A DNA stretch of 63,910 nt, the filler included, from Octopus bimaculoides (Eukaryota): assembly GCF_001194135.2 (NCBI RefSeq). It is 5 parts of 5 records of this genome, joined end to end, with 100 filler letters (N's around TTAATTAATTAA, not from the genome) between each part and the next. Parts side by side here need not be neighbours in the genome. Positions count along the whole stretch, not along the records: positions 7,882 to 21,927 come from NC_068996.1; positions 22,028 to 43,070 come from NC_068982.1; 3 more parts are not named here. The stretch is one strand, 5' to 3'. The notes under the pieces are model-generated. The model saw only the letters and a program-made list of their open reading frames with translations, made no database searches and was not told the DNA's origin. Positions 13,555 to 25,500 of the stretch are shown in pieces (the stretch's first letter is position 1; every line of letters starts with the position of its first letter). A program made the position numbers and the translations under genes.

Positions 13555-16500
13555 ATGGCCTCTCTGAACATTGGATGTTTAAATGTGCGTGGTCTGAGTT
13601 CGAAGTGGAAGCAAGCATGTTTCCTCGACGACTTCAGATCACATGATATACATGTGATGGTTGCTATAGAGACCAAGCTGGACAATCTACGAACCTTCTC
13701 GCCTCTTCTGAATGGCTATGAGAAAATCATGTCTCCTGGCCAGACCGGAGGACGAGGGGGTGTAGTGGTACTGATCCGCAATGGCTTGGCTCTGCAGACT
13801 AGTACAGTCTATGTGGACCCTGAAGGAGGGCTGGTCGTCCTTGATGTGACACACGGCAGTAAGGCCTTCAGGTTGATCGGACTCTATGCACCTTGTGCTA
13901 GAGGTTTCCAAACTGATTTTTATCGGCGCCTAAAGGGCTTTCTCGTGACGTCGACGTCATTAGTGGTTTTAGGGGACTTCAACGCTATTGTTGAGGCTCG
14001 CATCGATAGCGTCGGCTCGATTGATAGAAAAGCGAACTCACGCCTCGTCGATCTGCTTAAGCGATTTCAGCTGGCAGATCTTTACAGGCTTGAACATCCG
14101 AACGTGCCAGAGTGGACCTGGATGAGTGGCGATGGAAGGTTCAAGTCTTATCTAGATAGGATAGTAATAAGAATTATAGATAAGCCTAGTTTTACTTGTC
14201 CACAACTTGTCCAAGTATCCTACACTGACCATAGAATGGTTAAGTGTAGGTTGAACGTAGATAGTACAACTATCAGAGGACCCGGCTACTGGAAGCTGAC
14301 CAAAACTATTTTGACTTGTGAGGCATACCGTAATCGGATTAAGGAGTTAGTATAGAGGGCGTTAACCGGTACCGTGGTTAATAACCGGTGGTGGTTCGCC
14401 CTCAAAAGAGCCATTCGTTTCGAGTCCATTAGGTTTAGCAAACACCTAAGACTAGATAGGACTAGAGTAGAAGGGCAGCTAGTTAAGAACTTAGAAGAGG
14501 CGCTGAGGTTGGGCTCTGCATCCCACATTCTGTCAGCGAGAACGGCATTGGACCGTCACCTCAAAGCCAAACATGAGGGGTGTAGAGTCCGGGATAAAGT
14601 GAGAGCATTGGGCCGTGAGGGAATTAACGTTGCCGGATGCGCCCGCACGGTAGAAACCCAGCGTGGAAACGAAGCCACAATAAGGTCTCTTGTTATCGAA
14701 AAAGGACGCNNNNNNNNNNNNNNNNNNNNNNNNNNNNNNNNNNNNNNNNNNNNNNNNNNNNNNNNNNNNNNNNNNNNNNNNNNNNNNNNNNNNNNNNNNN
14801 NNNNNNNNNNNNNNNNNNNNNNNNNNNNNNNNNNNNNNNNNNNNNNNNNNNNNNNNNNNNNNNNNNNNNNNNNNNNNNNNNNNNNNNNNNNNNNNNNNNN
14901 NNNNNNNNNNNNNNNNNNNNNNNNNNNNNNNNNTGGGCGAATGCCCCGGGGACAAGTCGCCGGGTCTCGATGGTCTGCCATATGAATTTTATAAAAGTAT
15001 GCCAACTTGTTCGGGCACCAACTGACCAGCGTTTACACCAACTGGCAGCAGAATGGGAAAATTCCTAAGTCTGCGAGCCGGGAGGCTGTGACGTTGATTA
15101 GAAAGGACCCGAACAAGGGGGACGAGATAGGGAACTTTAAGCCCATAACTCTGATAAACACAGAGTTAAAGATTTTGGCCAAGGTGCTAGCGAAAAGGTT
15201 GGCGCGGGACGTGGGCGAACTTGTTGGGGAAGCACAAACTTGTGCTATCCCGGGCAGATCGATCCACGACAATCTCCACCTTATACGCTACTCCTTAGAG
15301 AGTGTAAGGAAATTTTCTGGCTTAGCGGGAGGGGCACTGGTGCATTTAGACCAGTCTAAGGCATTTGATAGGGTCGACCATCGGTACTTGGCGGTGGTCC
15401 TCAAGAAGGCTGGCCTAGGCCCGACCTTCCACGGTTGGATTGCTGCTATGTACAGGGACATTGAGTCTGTCGTCAAGGTGAACAGGTTCTTTTCGAAACC
15501 GTTCAGTTCGTCAGGGGTGTCCCCTATCCCCGCTTCTGTATGTGTTGGCTCTGGAGCCATTGCTGCGGACGTTGGAGGCACTAGGGGGCACTCCGCTTGA
15601 TCTATGGTGTAGACGGAGAGCTACAGCATAAGCGGATGACATCTCCATCATTGTGGCGGATGAGGGCCAGATTCCAGTGGTGGAAAAGGCCATCAAAAGT
15701 TACGAGGCGGTGGCAGGAGCAAAGGTTAACAAGGACAAGTCGGTCGGTTTGCAACTCGGCACCTGGAGGGGCAAGCCGATAGCGTTCAATAACGTAGTGG
15801 GGCGTTGGACGCAAGGTCCTGTTAAGTTGCTTGGAGTCTGGATAGGTACAGACCTCCGGATAGAGAAAAATTGGAGTGAGGTAACTGGCAAAGTGACTGC
15901 TCTAACGCAGACCTGGTCTGGGCGGGCCTTATCCATGCTAGGAAGAGCGGAGGTGGTGCAGATGTTTATAGCATCAGTAATTACCTACCGCCTGACCGTG
16001 GTGCCTTGCCCCGATTTGTGGCTGAACAAGTTGGAGAGAACCCTGTTCCGCTTTTTGTGGAAAGGAGGAAAACCACTTGTAAAGCTCTTTGTCTGCTGCC
16101 AGAAACCGCTAANNNNNNNNNNNNNNNNNNNNNNNNNNNNNNNNNNNNNNNNNNNNNNNNNNNNNNNNNNNNNNNNNNNNNNNNNNNNNNNNNNNNNNNN
16201 NNNNNNNNNNNNNNNNNNNNNNNNNNNNNNNNNNNNNNNNNNNNNNNNNNNNNNNNNNNNNNNNNNNNNNNNNNNNNNNNNNNNNNNNNNNNNNNNNNNN
16301 NNNNNNNNNNNNNNNNNNNNNNNNNNNNNNNNNNNNNNNNNNNNNNNNNNNNNNNNNNNNNNNNNNNNNNNNNNNNNNNNNNNNNNNNNNNNNNNNNNNN
16401 NNNNNNNNNNNNNNNNNNNNNNNNNNNNNNNNNNNNNNNNNNNNNNNNNNNNGGATTAAGCAGAGACCTAAGCTGGGAGACTGGCATTTTGAGTGCCGCT

Positions 16501-17130
16501 AAGCGCTCCAGCTACTCTCTCGGGCGAGCAATGCCGGCAGCAGGAGTTCTACCGCGGATTTTTATAGCATGTTAGTGGAATCTCTGTCAGAAGACGCCTT
16601 GGGGAAGACCCTGGCCTACGATGAAAGTCAGTTGGTCAGCCTGTTTAGGAGAATGTTCGGGCCGGGATATCTGGATAATTACCAGAAATCCCTGGCTTGG
16701 CAATGTTTCCGAGCGCGTTACCTGTTCGCGACAAGCTGTCAGGGCACGGAAGTGCCGTCTCGCCCACATGCCCGAGATGTGCGCATTCGTGGAGTGTTCG
16801 GAGTTGTCGGGACTGATAGCTTTTGCAGAACAACTGTTGTCAGTGATAGGAAGAGTACAGCTATCAGTTGAGTCTATCATCGAGACTGTACCACCTCCTT
16901 TCCTTAACGGAAAGGAAAGCCTGTTTTTTCTGCGTAGTAGCCATACTGAAAGAAACAGTATGGAAGACACGTGTGAAAGGTATAGTGACAGGTACCTTTG
17001 TCTACGGCCAGGGGTTGGTTAACTTTTTTAGTTACCACCTCAGTAGTAAGATCAGGCTGGAGAGGGGGTGCCTGTCACGGGATATGTTTGCGAAAAAATG
17101 GAAGTCTGTGGAGCGCAAAGCTGAGTGCGA
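13555..17130 (+). pseudogene. Tx1 LINE ORF2 (APE endonuclease + RT), disrupted
   Basis: MASLNIGCLNVRGL, VLGDFNA, SYLDR, TDHRMV (APE); KSPGLDGLPYEFY, LDQSKAFDRVDH, *ADD (RT; the Y codon is TAA at 15629-15631); several frameshifts. Confidence 0.9.
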
Positions 17131-17789
17131 TTGGCACGAAATAAGTGAGGTTAATTTGGGAAGCAAGGGTTCTACCAGGATGCGCGGGTGCCTTCCTTCT
17201 AGCTGCCTCATTGCGAANNNNNNNNNNNNNNNNNNNNNNNNNNNNNNNNNNNNNNNNNNNNNNNNNNNNNNNNNNNNNNNNNNNNNNNNNNNNNNNNNNN
17301 NNNNNNNNNNNNNNNNNNNNNNNNNNNNNNNNNNNNNNNNNNNNNNNNNNNNNNNNNNNNNNNNNNNNNNNNNNNNNNNNNNNNNNNNNNNNNNNNNNNN
17401 NNNNNNNNNNNNNNNNNNNNNNNNNNNNNNNNNNNNNNNNNNNNNNNNNNNNNNNNNNNNNNNNNNNNNNNNNNNNNNNNNNNNNNNNNNNNNNNNNNNN
17501 NNNNNNNNNNNNNNNNNNNNNNNNNNNNNNNNNNNNNNNNNNNNNNNNNNNNNNNNNNNNNNNNNNNNNNNNNNNNNNNNNNNNNNNNNNNNNNNNNNNN
17601 NNNNNNNNNNNNNNNNNNNNNNNNNNNNNNNNNNNNNNNNNNNNNNNNNNNNNNNNNNNNNNNNNNNNNNNNNNNNNNNNNNNNNNNNNNNNNNNNNNNN
17701 NNNNNNNNNNNNNNNNNNNNNNNNNNNNNNNNNNNNNNNNNNNNNNNNNNNNNNNNNNNNNNNNNNNNNNNNNNNNNNNNNNNNNNNNN

Positions 17790-17927
17790 AAACCCCCCCC
17801 CAAAAAAAAAACGTATAATGATATAAACAAACGGTTGCAGACAATTATTGAGCGATATAGTCTCGAAAATAAGATGGATTTCTTACGAGCAATAGCTCAT
17901 AACTTTCATCATTATCGAAGCTTTTAG
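17790..17927 (+). pseudogene. C-terminal fragment of a MULE (Mutator/Phantom-like) transposase
   Basis: KKKTYNDINKRLQTIIERYSLENKMDFLRAIAHNF* resembles the D[YF]LRAIAHN C-terminus of animal MULE transposases; followed by a subrepeat TIR. Confidence 0.65.
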
Positions 17928-17993
17928 TAATGTATTCATGTTTTACTGTACTTTATATTTTATTATTATTTACCGTTTTATTATTTTTTTTCT

Positions 17994-18042
17994 TATATCA
18001 GGAGTGAAATTAGCAGGAATCAAATTACGGGCTAACATCTAC

Positions 18043-18088
<46 letters not shown>

Positions 18089-18666
18089 TTTATAAATCAA
18101 GCCCAAGCGTGTTTATTTGCATCACCCACATCATCTCACCTGGATTCCTCTCATAGACACACTGTACTTCGGAGAGTATGTTCAAACCACTTGAGCACCA
18201 CTATTTTCTATATTGAGAACTTCTGAATCTCATCTGTCCGTCTGTCTGTCTGTCTGTCTTTCTTTCCCTCAACACACACACACACGCACACATACATATA
18301 TAACACACACACACATACACACATATATAGGGTCATCTAAATAATACAGTTTTTTTCAATTGAATAAGGTAAGTCGGAGGGGGAGGGGATAAGCTACCTC
18401 CATCAACTTGCTATGAAAGCAGGTAGTAATTTACTTTGTACTTATTCTTAGTGCAAGTTTTGAAGAGTGCAGTTCGATTTTAACAGTTATTTTTTTCAAA
18501 GCTACAATGGAAGTGACATAGGTGCATATTCGGCATATTTTGGTTTATGAGTTCAATAAAGGCAACTTTCGTTGTTTTTGTTTTTATAATTGATTTACCA
18601 TTTATGCATGCATTTATATGAATACTTATGCATATACATACACACATACATTTAAATTATATAATA

Positions 18667-18707
<41 letters not shown>

Positions 18708-19922
18708 CAAAGTAAAGTTGTAAGATACCGCACGAGTGGGAATATATATATGAAAGGTTTGAAAATGCAATTTTAAAGACCATTATTCACTTGACCGGTT
18801 TCACTTTTTTAGAAAAAGATTGTCAAAAGTAAAATACATAGCTTTGTATAAGCTTTGTTGTGTTATGTACTGGTTATTACAAAAGTATTAAAATACATAT
18901 ATACATTCATTGATAATAATAAGNNNNNNNNNNNNNNNNNNNNNNNNNNNNNNNNNNNNNNNNNNNNNNNNNNNNNNNNNNNNNNNNNNNNNNNNNNNNN
19001 NNNNNNNNNNNNNNNNNNNNNNNNNNNNNNNNNNNNNNNNNNNNNNNNNNNNNNNNNNNNNNNNNNNNNNNNNNNNNNNNNNNNNNNNNNNNNNNNNNNN
19101 NNNNNNNNNNNNNNNNNNNNNNNNNNNNNNNNNNNNNNNNNNNNNNNNNNNNNATATATATATATATACAGAAGGAGATATATTTAAGAATTTACAAAAT
19201 ATTGGAGAGGAACTGACCTGTCTTTTTGGCATTTTTTCTGTCTTGTGTGTAGCTAAGGAATGTTTTCTATTTTAAGGGACAGTGTGGGAGGTTGGTTGGA
19301 GTGGGGGGAAGAAAGAGCAATGTGGAATTAAAAGGATCTTTTTGTTTCTGGGCTAATCTGTCATGGTTCAGTGGTTTTTGGGACTGGTCATAGAGACAGA
19401 CACACACACACACATAACATCGCCACCAACACAAAAAACACCCAGTATTGGGTGTTTTGTGTGCGCATACACACGCACCCACAGACGCACATATACATAC
19501 ACGCGTATGTTTTTAACATTTTCTTATTATTATCAAAGAATGCATATATGTATTTTAATACTTTTGTGACAACCAGTACTTAACACAACACACACTTCTC
19601 TACGTCTGGCTGTACAGCCTTTTTGTTTGATTATTTCACCGTTTCGTTTTCCTGTCTTGTTTTCCGTCCGCCAGTATCCTCCACGAAAAGAATTTAATTT
19701 GTGTTCGTGGGAAGAGCCAATTTAACGATGCGTCCTGCCCTAACTCTTCGAAACGCCGGATATGTTGAAGCATATGTTCTCTATGTGGCCTGCTTGTTTG
19801 TTGTACCTTGTTTATCAGTTTGTCCATGTTCTTTTGCAACGTCATGTACCCCAGATATGTATCTATATGTACATGTAGATGAAGGTATGTACATACATAT
19901 ACATATATATGCATATACTCAT
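17994..19922. repeat. Right arm of the long diverged inverted repeat, interrupted by a mariner fragment, microsatellites and a gap
   Basis: Inverted homology to 9936-10904, e.g. GGGAAGAGCC..TTAACGATGCGTCCT..CTCTTCGAAACGCCGG and CCCAAGCG..TTTATTTGCA. Confidence 0.7.
18328..18566 (+). mobile_element. mariner transposon 5' fragment
   Basis: TA-flanked start TAGGGTCATC; translation MEVT*VHIRHILVYEFNKGN matches mariner N-termini. Confidence 0.7.
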
Positions 19923-20189
19923 ATATTGTTTATATATATATANNNNNNNNNNNNNNNNNNNNNNNNNNNNNNNNNNNNNNNNNNNNNNNNNNNNNNNNNN
20001 NNNNNNNNNNNNNNNNNNNNNNNNNNNNNNNNNNNNNNNNNNNNNNNNNNNNNNNNNNNNNNNNNNNNNNNNNNNNNNNNNNNNNNNNNNNNNNNNNNNN
20101 NNNNNNNNNNNNNNNNNNNNNNNNNNNNNNNNNNNNNNNNNNNNNNNNNNNNNNNNNNNNNNNNNNNNNNNNNNNNNNNNNNNNNNNNN

Positions 20190-20225
<36 letters not shown>

Positions 20226-20477
20226 CATACATACATACATACATACATACACGCATATGTATAGAAGTGAATGACATTATACGCAGAAACACGTTTGTGT
20301 ATATCTAAATTTGCATATATATGTGTGCACATAGTATCCATATATCTAAATTCATACAAACATATACTGGAACTTGTGACTGCGAAACCTCCGCGCATAA
20401 GTATGGGACTGTTTGCCTTTGGAAATGAATGTGTGTATGTACCACAGACGGAAAGTAACAAATAAATTCCTACAATA

Positions 20478-20712
20478 AGACGGCGAGCTGGCAGAAACGT
20501 TAGTACAGTAGGCGAAATGCTTAGCGGTATTTCGTCTGCTGTTACGTTCTGAGCTCAAATTCCGCCGTGGTCGACTTTGTCTTTCATCCTTTCGGGGAGG
20601 ATAAATTAAGTACCAGTTACGCACTGGGGTCGATGTAATCGACTTAATCCCTTTGTCTCTCCTTGTTTGTCCCCTCTATGTTTAACCCCTTGTAGCTAAA
20701 AAATAAATAGAT
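20478..20712 (+). mobile_element. SINE family B with a perfect 18-bp target-site duplication
   Basis: Head GGCGAGCTGGCAGAAACG...GAGCTCAAATTCC; AAATAAATTCCTACAATA at 20460-20477 and 20713-20730. Confidence 0.9.
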
Positions 20713-21927
20713 AAATAAATTCCTACAATACTTTAAATAATCAAAAAACCTGTTCTAGAAAGCTTTCCTAAAACATCTATTATATTCAGTCTTTTGTATC
20801 ACTCCTCTCTCTGAATGGTTGAGTATGTATGTGCGTGCGTGCTTACACGGATGAACGGAAGTTCATCTGTGTGAGTTTTGATATGTGTATGTTTCTGTAG
20901 TTAAAGATCTAAGTATGCTGGAAATTACAATATTTAACCCCTTAATGAGGTCGTACATTTTTAATATTATTCCATTTATATTTATTCTTCAAGATATATA
21001 TATAGAATGCATGCATAACACTTAGTTTTAAGCATCTCCTTTATACTGCTATTTTTCATTTCGTTTAGGAAAAGCAAATAACGCCGATCTAATCATAAAA
21101 TGCAAAATAACAACTTACTCCAATGATGATTGATGTAATGCATAAGGCTTTGGGATATGAAAGTCTGGAATCTCACACGGATATTTACTTCAATATTTTT
21201 ACGCACAGAATATATTACTTCCAGTATGCATATATATCGGTATGTTGACATTTTTATTAGCTCTGTTTCAGGTTACCAATTACTATTGTCTCATGAAAGT
21301 TCATATACAAATCGATATAGCATTGTGTATATTACAACAGTTAATTATATACGTGTGTGTGTGTATGTGTGTGTGTGTGCTGGAGTTGGCCTGTGCATGT
21401 TTGTGTATGTGTGTACAAATTGTATCTTCCTGTTTAAGGGGAATGCATGTAAAAGAAAAAAAATCCTTTAAAAAAATTGAATTTGTTTTATTGTTTTAGA
21501 TATATTCCAACATTTTTTAGTAAAGAAAATTTTATATTTTTAATCATTAAATCTGTAATTCTTTTTTTAAATATACATTGTTCTCGAGGAGTAAATTTAA
21601 CGGCAAGCTTCATAAAGTGAATAAATTTCCAATTTTATGTAATATATCAGTTAATATAATTTTATATAACATTTGATTTCACACAATTTTATATATTTTA
21701 TCTATATAAATACAATATAATATTGCATAAAATTTTCTTACAGATGCTGTTATAACAGTACAACTCGTCTGATTAACAAATTATTCATTCATTTATCATT
21801 AAATATTTTACTTTATATCTTGAACTTTATATATCACTGAAAATTTGATATTCTTTGCATTACATGCTGAAAGGTGACAACAGCAGCTGTACAATATTCC
21901 GCAGTCAATTGACTGAAACAAGATAAA

Positions 21928-22027
21928 NNNNNNNNNNNNNNNNNNNNNNNNNNNNNNNNNNNNNNNNNNNNTTAATTAATTAANNNNNNNNNNNNNNNNN
22001 NNNNNNNNNNNNNNNNNNNNNNNNNNN
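21928..22027. other. Artificial scaffold-join spacer
   Basis: 44N-TTAATTAATTAA-44N. Confidence 0.95.
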
Positions 22028-22610
22028 ATGGCTTGAAGTTGGATCTGGTGCAACCAACTGTATGACAGAAAATTTTAAAAAATACAAAGAAGTCCTTAAT
22101 AACTTTAAATAAAAGCAAGAAGAAAACAGAAATCATAGAAGAATCAATAATTGAATTATGTTTTAGAATAGTTGCCTTTAAGTATAGGCAAATAAGTCTT
22201 GAAGCAAAAAGCAAAAGTTCCTTGAGTTTAATGGGTAGGAAAGAAAGGAAATGCCTTTCATATAGGGCACCTGTTCATTAGAAAATAAGAACCAGTGACA
22301 AATCTATAAATAAGAAAATAGTTGGTAGGGGAGGGTCATTAAGATCTGGAGCAGAGGAAAGAGAAAGAGGGAGCAAGAAAGATAGATAATGGTGGGAGAG
22401 TGCAAAACAAAGAAGAGAAAATGCTTACAAATAATAGTGAATAGAAAAACCCAGCTCTCAAGGGAGGTAAGTGGAAGTGAAACAAGATAGAAAGAAAAGG
22501 GAGAAGTAGCATTGCAACACAGCAAGTACAATAAGCTTTTACTTTGTAGAAGGGTTACATTTCTAAAAAGCATTCAAGCCAACAATATCCACCAAGGTGG
22601 TGGTGGTGGT

Positions 22611-22893
<283 letters not shown>

Positions 22894-22947
22894 GATATGA
22901 TTCTGTGAAATTTTTTCCAAAAAAAGAAAAAAATGGAAGTTGAGTTA

Positions 22948-23300
22948 CAGGTGCAGGCCTGACTGTGGTTAAGAAACTTGCCTTGCAACCATGTCACTTT
23001 GGGTTCAGTTCCACTGCATGGTACTGAGAACGAAGTGTCTTCTACTATGGTCTCAGACCAACAAACTATTATGAGTGAATTTGGTAGATGGAAACTGTGT
23101 GGAAGCTTGTTGTGTGTTTGTGTTTGAGTTTGTCCTCCACCACCACTCGACAACCAGTATTGGTCTGTTCATATCCCCATAACTTAGCAATTTTAGCAAA
23201 AAGATCAATAGAATGAGTACCTAACTTAAAAGTAAGTACTTCAAGAAGGTGCTCCAGAATGTCTGCAATCCAATGTCTGAAACAAGTAAAAGATTAAAGT
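22948..23300 (+). mobile_element. SINE family A, decayed
   Basis: Colinear with 2100-2643, with many CpG transitions. Confidence 0.75.
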
Positions 23301-23394
23301 AAAATTGCTTTGATGCAAAAAAAAATATTCATTTTTCAATACATAGAGAATATATATGATCATGAGAAAAAAATATGCTTTTAGGGAAAAATAA

Positions 23395-23767
23395 GAATAC
23401 ATTTTTAGTCTTCACTTGAATCACTATTATGCTTATCTGCACATTATGTCCTTTCTCATCTTTGATCTACACACTCAGTTCTTTATTATGCATCTCATCA
23501 GAGCTATGAAGAAACACACAAAACAATGTTAGAATAGTTAATAGAGCAGCTGCTTGAGCACTTGACCTAATTTTATCTTTATTGCCATATCTTGTTCCTA
23601 CTGTAGACAATAGAAGCTTTAATGAGATTTTTGTTTTGCAATAAGACGGAGTTCTCCTCTTGTATCAAACTTTTGTAAAACATCAAGTTTAAGATCCAAC
23701 ATAATCCATTTGCAAGTTCTTTTTATATCACTGCCTTTATTTCACTTGATGACTTCTTTCCAGTCAT
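23395..23767 (-). pseudogene. Tigger/pogo-like transposase N-terminal (psq-HTH / CENP-B-HTH) relic
   Basis: Frameshifted translation MTGKKSSSEIKAVI*/KRTCKWIMLDLKLDVLQKFDTRGELRLIAKQ/SLKLLLSTVGTRYGNKDKIRSSAQAA...EMHNKELSV*IKDEKGHNVQISIIVIQVKTK. Confidence 0.65.
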
Positions 23768-23929
23768 CATAAGGGTAATGTACTATTCTATACTATGCTG
23801 TATATTAAAAGTCCTGCCATAGTGGCAGTAGAAGATAAAAGATACACACAATGGTAGTGGTAGATAAGAAATTGATGCAGTGGTAGTGAGGAGTGAATAT
23901 TATTCCTTTGAATACTTTTAATCGTGATG

Positions 23930-24372
23930 GCACCTGTACCAGTGGAGGACTAAGAGCACCATTTGAGCGTGATCATTGCCAGAGCAGCTGTCTGGCTTCC
24001 ATGCCGGTGGCACGTAAATAGCACCATTTGAGCGTAATCATTACAAACGTCGCCTTCCTAGCACGTGAAAAGACATTCGAGTGAGATCATTGCCAGTGCC
24101 GCTGGACTGGCTCCTGTGCAGGTGGCACATAAAATACACCATTTTGAGCATGGCCGTTGCCAGTACTGCCTGACTGGCCTTCATGCCAGTGGCACGTAAA
24201 AGCACCCACTACACTCTCAGAGTGGTTGGCGTTAGGAAGGGCATCCAGCTGTAGAAAATGTACCAAATTAGATTGGAGCCTGGTGTAGCCACCTGGGTCA
24301 CCAGTCCTCAGTCAAATCATCTAACCCATGCTAGAATGGAAAGCGGATGTTAAACGATGATGATGATGATGA
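23930..24372 (+). mobile_element. RTE-type 3' tail (3' UTR with ~40-bp subrepeats) ending in (GAT)n
   Basis: GGCGTTAGGAAGGGCATCCAGCTGTAGAAA...CCCATGCTAG..GGAAAG..GTTAAACGATGATGAT; recurs at 38465, 39617 and 50143. Confidence 0.7.
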
Positions 24373-24619
24373 TTTAGTGATACTAGTTTCAAAATTCTTT
24401 TAATTTACCTAAGTAAGAGCAATATTATGACCTTTATCTTAAAATTAGTGATCATACTTTATAAATTTTATAAATGTTGAAATCCAAAATCAGAGTTTCT
24501 TAAATGTGATGGAAAGAACAGAAAATTGAAAAAGTATACAAATAAAATAAAAGTTTCCAATAGAAAAATAAGGTTTTGTTGTGGGTGAGGTTAGCTAAAA
24601 GAAAAAAAAAAATGTCCAT

Positions 24620-24920
24620 GAGACTGCACCTAGAAAGTTACCCTCCAAGGCATAAGTCCAGGCAAGGTTGTTTGTGGAAGACCAGCAGTCGCCCATGCGT
24701 ACCTGCTTCCCCTCTCCATGCCACTGATGTTATCCAAGAGAAAGGCTGATACAGCTTGGCACCACTGACGTCGCAACTCATTTCTACAGCTGAGTGAACT
24801 GGAACAATGTAAAATAAAGTGTCTTGCTCAAGAGCACAACACACAGCCTGGTCTGGGAATTGAACTCACTACCTTATAATTGTGAGCACGACACTCTAAC
24901 CATTGAGCCATGCACCTTCA
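24620..24920 (-). mobile_element. tRNA-head SINE, family D
   Basis: Reverse strand TGGCTCAATGGTTAGAG (A box) ... GAGTTCAATTCC (B box) ... GTGTTGTGCTCTTGAGCAAGACACTT. Confidence 0.7.
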
Positions 24921-25289
24921 TGTATTATATAGAGAATGAATAACTCATATTTTCCTTTTAAAAACTTAAAACTAAAAAATTTATTATTTGGTGTCAAAAT
25001 TTATGTTGCACCAATTGTGACTTGGTAACTGACATAGTTCCCCTGAGTTGCAGCTGAACCAAGTAAGTTTAAGTAAATTTAATAGTTTTTGTGTGGTTTT
25101 GAATGACTAATGTGTCTTCTATGCTGTAATTGTTTTTAGTTTCAGTTCATGGTCTCTCATCAAATCACTTGCCAGACAAGTACATCTCTCAAAAATAATC
25201 ATAGATGTAAGACTATTGAAAAATAAAAGTTAGGTTAATATTAACATATTTCATGCAAAAGAATTAAATACATGAACTGGATGTAATGA

Positions 25290-25500
25290 TTGCTTTCAAA
25301 TTTTGGCACTAGGCCAGCAATTTTCAGGGAGGGGATAAGTCGATTACATTGACCTCAGTGCTCAACTGGTACTTATTCTATCAACCCCAAAAGGATGAAA
25401 GCCAGAGTTGAGCTCAGTGCAATTTGAATTCAGAACGTAAAGGTGGGCAAAATGCTCCTAAGCATTTTGCTCTGTGCTAACGACTCTACCAGCTAACTGT
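25290..25500 (-). mobile_element. SINE family B
   Basis: Reverse-complement match to 20478-20712. Confidence 0.75.

Larger units (their letters stand above)
11615..17217 (+). mobile_element. Near-full-length, disabled Tx1-clade (L1 group) non-LTR retrotransposon; 3' end lies in a gap
   Basis: 5' UTR, ORF1 with a zinc knuckle, and ORF2 with APE endonuclease plus reverse transcriptase; GC-richer than the flanks. Confidence 0.9.

Noticed and set aside
22029-22112. WLEVGSGATN resembling SAM-methyltransferase motif I
   Set aside because: At a contig edge, stops after 27 codons and has no further motifs.
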